IMG/VR virus record: IMGVR_UViG_3300037755_000739
Coordinates: 1 to 29,420 of that record
Source: a virus
Taxonomy: Duplodnaviria > Caudoviricetes
Strand: one strand, 5' to 3'
Length of the DNA: 29,420 nt
Below the pieces are notes generated by a model. It worked only from the letters and a program-made list of their open reading frames with translations. It was not told the DNA's origin and did not search any database. Each line of letters starts with the position of its first letter. Within the stretch, counting starts at the first letter, position 1. The position numbers were made by a program, and so were the translations under genes. Below are positions 1 through 8,000 of the stretch, piece after piece.

Positions 1-1
1 T

Positions 2-187
2 TATCTGATTGAACGGGAACACCAGCGTCCCCGCGTGCGCCTGGCCCAGCAGCGAGCTGATCACGTAATCGCCGCCGCTGTTCGGCTGTAGCGTGACACC
101 ATCGACGATCGTCGGGTCCTGGAAATGGGCCACGGTCTGGCTGGTCAGCCCGCGTATCTGCTGGCAGTACGGCGTGAAGTTTGCCAT
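2..187 (-). CDS. Hypothetical protein, N-terminal part only (runs off left edge)
   Basis: ATG at 187, about 10 nt after the upstream stop; open frame MANFTPYCQQIRGLTSQTVAHFQDPTIVDGVTLQPNSGGDYVISSLLGQAHAGTLVFPFNQI to the edge. Confidence 0.6.
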   Translation of the reverse strand, partial: MANFTPYCQQIRGLTSQTVAHFQDPTIVDGVTLQPNSGGDYVISSLLGQAHAGTLVFPFNQI

Positions 188-196
188 CTCGCTCGA

Positions 197-457
197 TTAA
201 ACCCCGGCGCCGCAGACCCACATCTTCGCCAGGTGCCGACAGGCGGCGTCGTACATCTGACGCTCGCCGTCGGTCAGGAAATCCCAGGGCGGTGACGAGA
301 GCTGGTTGGCGAATCTATTGCTTACGGCCACGACCACCTGGGAGGCCAGGGAAGAGCGCAGACACCGCTCCTGAATCGAATCGCCACAGTCCGATCGATC
401 GTGGCCGATGTCATTTGGCCTGGGTGGGTCCTGGTTGGGCCTGGGTGCGTCCTGCAT
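197..457 (-). CDS. Hypothetical protein (86 aa)
   Basis: Fills the gap in the operon; protein-like C-terminus (PWDFLTDGERQMYDAACRHL); start uncertain. Confidence 0.55.
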   Translation of the reverse strand: MQDAPRPNQDPPRPNDIGHDRSDCGDSIQERCLRSSLASQVVVAVSNRFANQLSSPPWDFLTDGERQMYDAACRHLAKMWVCGAGV

Positions 458-794
458 CGTTTCGGTCCTCTGTGAACAGCCTCCCGACTACGGCGCTAAG
501 TATCTTCCGGACTTCTTCGAGCCGCGGCCCGATCCGTTGGATCTCTCTATCGTACCACCCCGGCCTGCGGAATTCACGTATGTCGCGGCATGGCGGCTCG
601 CGGTCCACCAGCTCGGCGATCGCCGGCGCCGCGTCGTTCATCAAGTGGCGCCCGAACAGGGCCCAGGCGTCCAGGAGTTTCAGGAAGCGGGCGCCGTCGC
701 CAGGGGCCCGGGACAGATCGCTCAGCGCATCGTCCATCTCGGCCAGCAGCCCCACATATTCGCTGTGCCGGAGTGCGGCCTGCGTTTCGTTCAT
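411..794 (-). CDS. Hypothetical helical protein (127 aa)
   Basis: ATG at 794 just after the holin-like gene; the track's start at 869 would overlap that gene. Confidence 0.6.
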   Translation of the reverse strand: MNETQAALRHSEYVGLLAEMDDALSDLSRAPGDGARFLKLLDAWALFGRHLMNDAAPAIAELVDREPPCRDIREFRRPGWYDREIQRIGPRLEEVRKILSAVVGRLFTEDRNDAGRTQAQPGPTQAK

Positions 795-805
795 CAGTTG
801 ATGAG

Positions 806-1012
806 TCAGTTGATGAGACCGAAGATCCGCTCCAGCACCACGGTCACAAACGAGCCGACCCCCATGCACAGCATCGCCCCCAGCCTCCAGCGCTGCTCCA
901 GGCGGTCGACGCGCGTTGTGACGCCGACCTGGCCGTTGCCGTCCAGGATCCTGATCACCCGATCCACCTTGTTGTTCAGGTGATCGAACTGGAGCTGTAC
1001 GTCCCTCTCCAT
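806..1012 (-). CDS. Small membrane protein, holin-like (coiled coil plus C-terminal TM)
   Basis: 68 aa; N-terminal coiled coil, GNGxxG-rich linker, RVDRLEQ, then one hydrophobic segment (LGAMLCMGVGSFVTVVL); XhlA/holin-like architecture. Confidence 0.5.
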   Translation of the reverse strand: MERDVQLQFDHLNNKVDRVIRILDGNGQVGVTTRVDRLEQRWRLGAMLCMGVGSFVTVVLERIFGLIN

Positions 1013-1021
1013 TTCGGGCGC

Positions 1022-1492
1022 CTATGCTGTCAGTTTCCCGTTCTCCTCGACGTTCAGCCGCGTGCTGATCTCCATCAGGAACTCGTGATGCAGCCGGACG
1101 ATGGTCTTGATCAGCACGACCATCAGGACGACGACGAAAAACAGGACGATGACCTGCAGGACGATCACGATCAGCAGCGGCGCCCCGAACAGGCCGACCG
1201 CCTGCGTGGTCTTCGCGAAATTCAGCAGCCCGCCCTCGGCCCTGGTGTCGGATTTCTGGTCGGCCCCGGCGTCGATCTTGGCCAGGGCCGCTTCGAAGCG
1301 GGCCTCGACCTCCGTCTCGATCTTGGCGTCCACGTCGGGGCTGGCCTGCCGCACAGCGCCGCCGCGGTCGGCCGCCGTCGTGCAGCCGGCCAGCAACAAC
1401 ACAATAACGATCAGCACCGGCCTCGCCGCGTCAACGGCCCGGCGCGAAAGGGCGGCGCGGCCATCGCGGCCGCGCCGCCGCTGCACGGTCAC
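1022..1492 (-). CDS. Lipoprotein with C-terminal TM helix; candidate unimolecular spanin
   Basis: Arg-rich n-region, h-region VLIVIVLLL, lipobox LAG-C37, about 60-aa polar region, long TM segment (about aa 100-133); GTG start overlaps the upstream TGA. Confidence 0.6.
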   Translation of the reverse strand: MTVQRRRGRDGRAALSRRAVDAARPVLIVIVLLLAGCTTAADRGGAVRQASPDVDAKIETEVEARFEAALAKIDAGADQKSDTRAEGGLLNFAKTTQAVGLFGAPLLIVIVLQVIVLFFVVVLMVVLIKTIVRLHHEFLMEISTRLNVEENGKLTA

Positions 1493-1848
1493 GAAACCTT
1501 GCCGGTCTCGGGCGGCGTGGTCTGCGCTCCCTTCATGATCTGCTGGAGCTGAGCGACGGTGGCCCCAAGCGTCGACAACGTGCTTGCGATGTCGTTGCCC
1601 GTCGAGCCCTTGACCCAGGCCAGGGCCTCCATCGGATCGATTTCAAGCAGACTCTTGGCGAGCTGGCCCGACACCACCCGGTCGAGCGTCTGGTGATTGT
1701 TCACCGAGCTCACCAGCGAGTTGTTCATCGCCTGCTGGAACGCGACCGCGTTTTGCAGCGCCAGATTCGCCAAACTCGCCGGCTGTCCGGCGATGCACTT
1801 CGTGTTGTCGTTGGCGACACTGTCAACGAGACCCTGATCAGCAGCCAT
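1489..1848 (-). CDS. RebB-like (R-body/killing trait family) protein, 119 aa
   Basis: DSVANDNTKCIAGQPA, LALQNAVAFQQAMN and LLEIDP..A...GND match the Reb pattern as I recall it (DSVTQxNTKxxGxxPA ... QNxVxxQQ); A/Q/N/S/T-rich; purine-rich RBS GAGGAAAGGG. Confidence 0.65.
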   Translation of the reverse strand: MAADQGLVDSVANDNTKCIAGQPASLANLALQNAVAFQQAMNNSLVSSVNNHQTLDRVVSGQLAKSLLEIDPMEALAWVKGSTGNDIASTLSTLGATVAQLQQIMKGAQTTPPETGKVS

Positions 1849-1863
1849 AACACTACCCTTTCC

Positions 1864-2079
1864 TCAAGGCTGGGCCTCTGCCGCGCGCGGCAGAGGCATT
1901 TCCCGGATCTTCTGGAGAATGGCCGACAATCTCGCCTCGAGCTGTCCGAACTCGCCGCTCTCCTGAAACTGCGGATATTTCGCGCCTGCGTCGCGCAGGA
2001 TGGTCAGGCACACGTCGGTGTGGTGCCGGATGTTGCTGACGTAGGAATGCAGACCGGCAATGAGGTCTTCGTCTGACAT
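1864..2079 (-). CDS. Hypothetical protein (71 aa)
   Basis: GGGGG RBS, fits between the giant gene and the Reb-like gene, amphipathic helical pattern. Confidence 0.7.
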   Translation of the reverse strand: MSDEDLIAGLHSYVSNIRHHTDVCLTILRDAGAKYPQFQESGEFGQLEARLSAILQKIREMPLPRAAEAQP

Positions 2080-2093
2080 GGGGCCCCCCAGGG

Positions 2094-5000
2094 CTATCCC
2101 GCCAGCGCGTAATCGCGGAGCTCGGCCCGCTGCTGCCGCGACTGGCGGCGGCCTTCGGCGCTTCGCTCGCGGAACACAGGCAATGGTAATGCGTCCCGCT
2201 GCTGCCGTAAAGTCCGATATGTCTCGGACAGCCGCTGCACATCAGGGTCTGTGCGCCAGTCCCGCCCGCCCCGTTCGGCCTCGCGGCGAGCCCGCGAGAA
2301 GTCGCGCATCACCGCCCCCAGGCGGTCGTTGATCTGCCGCTGCTGCTCGTAGGATTGGCGGGCGACGTCCACCGGGAACAGCCGCAGCCCCAGGAACTGT
2401 CCGGCGCTGGCGCTGGCCTCGGGCACCGAGGTCGGCACCCCACGCCATCCGACCTGTTCCAGGAGGTTCAGCGGCCGCACCATCCGCGCCAACCGCTTGG
2501 CGTGCGGACTCATGGCAACCCCCAGCCATTCTTTCTGCTGTCCCTCGTACTCGACGATCGGCTTGTCCCAATAGAAGTCGCGGTTCAGCGCGCCCTCGAT
2601 GACCCCCTTCAGGAACGGATTGAGCCCCTGGACCGCCGCCTCGGCCGTCGCCCCCGGCCCCTTGACCCCGGCCAGCGGCGTGGTGCCCAACTCCTTCACC
2701 GGGAAGAGCCGGGTGAGGTTCAGAAAGTCGGGCCGTTCGCCGGTCGACAATTGCGTGCCCAGCTCCTCGGCGACGTGACGCGGGCGCAGCGATGGCGGCA
2801 GGGTATCCTCGCCGGCGAAGGCGGACTCGATGTTGCCGCGGATACGCGGAATCAGGGCGGTGATCTCCGGCCGGGCCATCGCCATCTTGAACTGCAGGAT
2901 GGCGTTGCCCTTCATCCACCCCCAAAACGGGAAGATCCGCCGAAAGGTTTTTTTGTCGAAGTCGGTCATGTCGGCCGACTGGTTCAGGGCCAGACGCTTC
3001 TTGCTGATGGCCATCGCCAGATCGTCGCCGCGCCGCAGCCGTTCCAGCATGAACGACAGGGCCATCCAGTCCTCGACCGCCACGTTGATCGCTCGAAATC
3101 CCTTGAAATATGCGCTCTCGCCCAGATTGAACCGCCAGCCGGGGATGACACCGCGGACCTTGCCGGGGTCGCGGTGGATCCCCAGCATCGCGTGGGCCAC
3201 GTTCTCACCGATCGGCCGCCGCGGGTCCCAGGTCGATCGAGCGGCGTCCGAAAAACCCCATTCGGTCCGGAAGCCCCGCTGGACGCCCTGCTCCATTTCA
3301 ATGCCGTACAGCCCGCGGCCCAGCTCGCCGTGCTCGATCGACAGCAGCTCCCACAGTTCCTCGAGGTTCAGGTCCCGCACGTCGGCGGGCAGCCCCTTGA
3401 CGTAGTTTCCGACTTTGCGGTCGAGATTGCGCCCCAGGTGGTAGTCCTCCATCAGCTTCCGCGTGGCCGCCCAGGTGTCGTACTTGAAGGCATCGAATTG
3501 GTTGGCCTGGAAGACGCCCGACAACAGGTTCGTCGTCGTGTACGGGAATACGCCCAGCACCATGGTCCGCCACATGGACGTCGCAAAGTCCAGCGCCTTG
3601 AGCAGGGCGTGCGGCCGATCCATCTGATTGGTAAAGCGCCGGAACTCGCGGGCCACGTCCTCGCTGAACGCGTAGCCCTTGGCAATGTTGCCGAAGCGGG
3701 AATCGCTGATCCGCGCGAATCCATCCGGCAGCGAGCCGAAGTCCTTGACCTTCACCGCCCAGCCCTCGCGCAGGCCCTGTTGAACCGCCTCGCGCAGGAA
3801 GTCCGCGCCGCCGACGGCCATGTGCTGGGCGTAGCGGCGATCGACCCAGAGCCGCACCGGGTCGGTCATGAAAGCGACCCCGGTCTGCTCGTACAGTCCG
3901 TTGATCTCGGCGATGGTGCTCTCGCGCAAAAACAGCCGCCGCAGCATCGATCGATGCGGGTCCGCCATGTCGCGGAATCGCGGGTCATCGAGGATCTCGG
4001 CGATGGCCTGGGCCATCCCCTCGCCGGGCTCTGGGATCGGGATCGCGTCCTCTCCGCGCCGGGACCTGGCCGCATTCTCGCGGTCGATGGCCTCCAGCAT
4101 GCGCTGGTACGCGGTGCGTCGATACGCCTCGTTGGACATCGACCGTTTCTCGACGCCTTCCAGCTCTCGCCACGCATTCTCCCAGGCCATCGATCGCCGG
4201 CGGATCGACTTGCCCAGGATCGTCCGACCATCGCCGATGTAGTGCGGCACGTATCCGATGCCGCGCTGGGTCGTTGCGGTGATGTCGGCCGTTTTCAGAC
4301 CGGCGGCGCGTTCGGCGGCCAGCGTTTGCTGCTCCAGGGCCACCATGCGGCGCACCATGTCGGCGATCGGCGCGGCGAAAAGGTCCTCTGGGTTCAGCCG
4401 CTTCGGCAGCCGGCCTCCAGCCCCGGCAATAACAGCCGCCGGCGGGCCCACTCCTCCAGCGCCGCCGGCGGCCTCCGCTCGGCCTTCCGTGGCCTCTCGA
4501 ACCCTCATCGCATCGATAAACGCCTGGTCATCCTCGAAGCCCCGGCCCAGGCGCTTCAGGACCCGCTGTTTGAGTTTCAGGCGGTCCGCCTTGTCGGCCG
4601 GGAAGGGTTGCCCGTAACGCCGGGCCCGCTCCCACTCGGCCTTCAACCGTACCGCCTCGTCGCGCAGCCGAGCAATGACCTCCGGCGTCCCGCCGGCCTC
4701 AATCGTCGCCCGCATCGCCGTCAGAATATCGGACCCGAATTCCGTCAGCACCTCGTGGCCCGCCGAGTCGCGGGCGATCATGTCCGCAAGCTTGTACATC
4801 AGGCCGCCGACCGGCCGACCCTCATCGACGCCTTCCAGGCGATCCAGGATCCGTTCCCACTTGCCGCCGCGGATACCATGCCCCAGCCGCAGCAGCGCCT
4901 TGTCAATCTCCGCCGCCACCTGCCCCTGGCGCCGCCCGCCGATCTTGCCGTACCCAACCAGCCGGCCGCGCTCCGCGGCATCCTTGCCCTTCAGCCAGGC

Positions 5001-8000
5001 GACCACCTGTGTCCGCGACAGCTCGTCGCCAGGCAGTTCACCGGCCGCCATCGCGTCCTGCAGCGCCTGCACGAATCGATCGTTGCCACGCGGCACGTCA
5101 TCCAGCGGCGTTAAGGTGCGGCGGATCAGGTCCCCCAGCTCGGCCGGCGGATCGGCGCTGCGGGCCTGGTCCATCAGGGCGACGATATCGTCGACGTCGG
5201 ACCCACGGTTCAGCCGCTCGACGATCTCGCCGGCCTCCTGCTCGGTCAAGTCCTCCAGGTTGTGCCGCATGGCATTGGCCAGCCGCTCGCGGGTCTCGAA
5301 GACCCGCCGCTCATGGTCGGCGACGCTCTCGCTGGCGCCTTTGAGCGGTTGGATGCGGCGGGTCAGGGCCGCCCGATCGCTCCACTCCGAATCCCATCGA
5401 ATCACCGGCGATCGACGGGGATTGACCACCGCCCCGACCACCGCCGCCGGGCCGCGGATCCCGGCGTTGGCCAGGGCCACCGCCGCATCGCGCAGCGTCG
5501 CCCCGCTGTCCATGGCGTCATCGACCAGAATCACCAGGGCATCGTCCGGTATGTCGGGCCATTTCCATCCAGCCGTGAATTCACGGCGGTGGGCGGCCTT
5601 GCGCAGGATGCCCGCCGGCACGCGCTCCATCTTGATGTGCGAGGCCAGCACCGGCCGGACCTCGGCCCGACGTCGACCGACGACCAGCGCCAGCCGCTCG
5701 GCCATGGCCGCCGCGGTGTGGTTCTCCTTGGTGGCGCTGGGCACCGGCACCAGGATGATCGGTCGATCGCCGGCCAGGTCTCGCAGTTTCTCACCGGCAG
5801 CCGGGCCGATCGCTTTGGACGCCCACAGCTTCGCCTGTTGCGCGTGTCCGTTTTTTCCTGCCTGGTAGTGCTGCTTGAAGTCCGGACGCTGTGCGGTAAT
5901 GCCCTGCAGCTCGAGGTCGAGCGCCTTCTCCGGGATGTCGCGCGGCCGCGCCGTCGGGTCGAAGATCTGCTCGATGAGCCGCAGAATGCGATCGTCCTTT
6001 TCGGGTCCGCCGAATCGCAACCGACTCCACAGTTGGCGCAGCCAGTCCATGGCCCGTTCGAACATTTTTGTCATCCGCGGATCGCCGGCCTTGCGGGTGA
6101 TGGCGTAGTGCGCAAAATATTGTGCGAATCCCTCGCGCTGCGGGCTGGCCTCGTGACGGGCGAGCTGCTCCGACGAGAGCTTCAGGGCATCGGCCTGTTG
6201 CGGCGTCAACGCCCCGCCGGCGACGTACTCGGCCAGGTCGCGATCGCCCAGGTGCCGCTCGAAGATCCGGACCCGGTCCTCGATCTTCATCCCCGCCCAC
6301 CAGTCGCTGAACGTCTTGCGCTCCGCATCGTTGAATACGTAGTCGTAGGCGAAGTGCCCAATCTCGTGCAGCGGCTCGGTGGCGTGGGCCAAGCCGCGGC
6401 CCAGGATGATCTCCGCCTTGTTGCCCAGCATCCGGTACGAACCGGCGAATTGCTTCTGGGCCGCCTGCACGTCGATGCGGGCCAGGTGATCCTCGTGCAG
6501 ATCCTCGATGGCCATGTCGAAGAGTTGGGCCTCCGGCTCGGGGATCCCCGCATCGCGCACCGCCTTGGCCACCCGCGCGTGTTCCTGCGATCGGTAACTG
6601 GCCTCGGCGGCCCTGGCCGCTGCCGTCGCGGAGGCCTCCGCCGGCGCCCGCATCGTCCCGGAGTCAATCAGGATCGGCAGACCGGGTCGCACATCCACAT
6701 CCCGTCCGTCGGCCAGCGGCCGCAGCAGGGCGCCGTATTGCTCGTCCACCGACTCGACGATGTGCACCCGCCCCGCGATCTCCATTTCAGCCCCGACCAC
6801 CAGCTCCTCGAAATCGATCTCCTGCGGCGCGGCACCCTTCGTCATCAAGTGACCGACTCGCTCTCCGTCCAGCGCCGCCTCGTAAAGGGCGACGTCGTAC
6901 GCCCCCTGCATTCCGACCATCTCCGGGTTCTTGCGGGCGAACTCCAAGACCGCCTCGATCTTCGCCGGGCTGGCCAGCCCGGCGTGTTCGCGCATCGCCG
7001 CCGCCATGAGCTCGTAGGGGTCGCGTCGGCCGGCGACGTGGGTTAGCTTGGCGACGATGTCCTCGGCGGGAACTCCCTTCTCGCCCTTCTTCATCACCCC
7101 CAACAACCCCTTGGCCTTGAAGCTGCGGATCTCCTGCTCGCTGAACTCGCGGGTGAAAACATCGAGCTCGGCCCGGCTGCGGAACTTGTACCCCGGCAGC
7201 AGCAGTGACCCCAAATTCGTGACCGAATCGAAACCGCCCTCGAGGGCGGTGGCGTCGATCGTCAGAACGTCGGCCAGCTCGTCGTGCATTTTCAGGATGC
7301 GTGACGACGCGGCTTTCAGGCCGGTCGCTTTGTTGATCATCTTCGGCGGCCTCGGCATCAGCTCCGGCACGTCGCGCAGGGCCTGGCGGCGCAGGCGCTC
7401 GCCGCGCAGCCGCATCCGCTCTGCCGCCCGCAGCGCCTCATCGGCCTGCCGCGCCGTCTCGGCCAAGCGGCGCTGGCTCATCGGGTCGAATTGGCCAGTC
7501 ACCGGCAGCTGCCGCAGCTCGGAGAGGCGCACGGCCTGCTCGGCCGTCCCCCGCCGCGCAAGCGACGCTCGTAAGCTCGCCTCGACGAATCCGGGGTCGT
7601 AGCGACCGGTCATTTCCGGCCGAATCCGGACCACAAGAAAGTTGCGCGGCAGCGCGTCGCCCGACCGATACCGCTGCACCCAGCCCCCGATCCGGCTGAT
7701 GATGACGTCCCCGTCTTTCAGCGGCCGCCGCGGCTCGGCCCCCGCTCCTCGCGCCGCCGACTCGTCGGTCCACGTCTCGAAGAAATCCCGCAGTCGGCCT
7801 ATGGCTGGTGTCGAAGAGGCCTGCGCCACCGTCCCCTCGGGGCCCTTCCGCGGCAGCAGCTCGGCGGCCTGCCCCTCGTAAAGCGGTTGATCGAAAAGAC
7901 CCGGCACCGGGTCCGGCGGGAGTTGCGAGCGGACCGCGATCAGCTCCGGGCTGTCGGCCTCGAACCGCGCCGACCAGGCGCTCTTGATCTGCTTGGCATC

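Noticed and set aside
2355-7046. Long plus-strand ORFs (919 aa, 397 aa, 594 aa)
   Set aside because: Antisense shadows of the high-GC giant gene; no recognisable motifs
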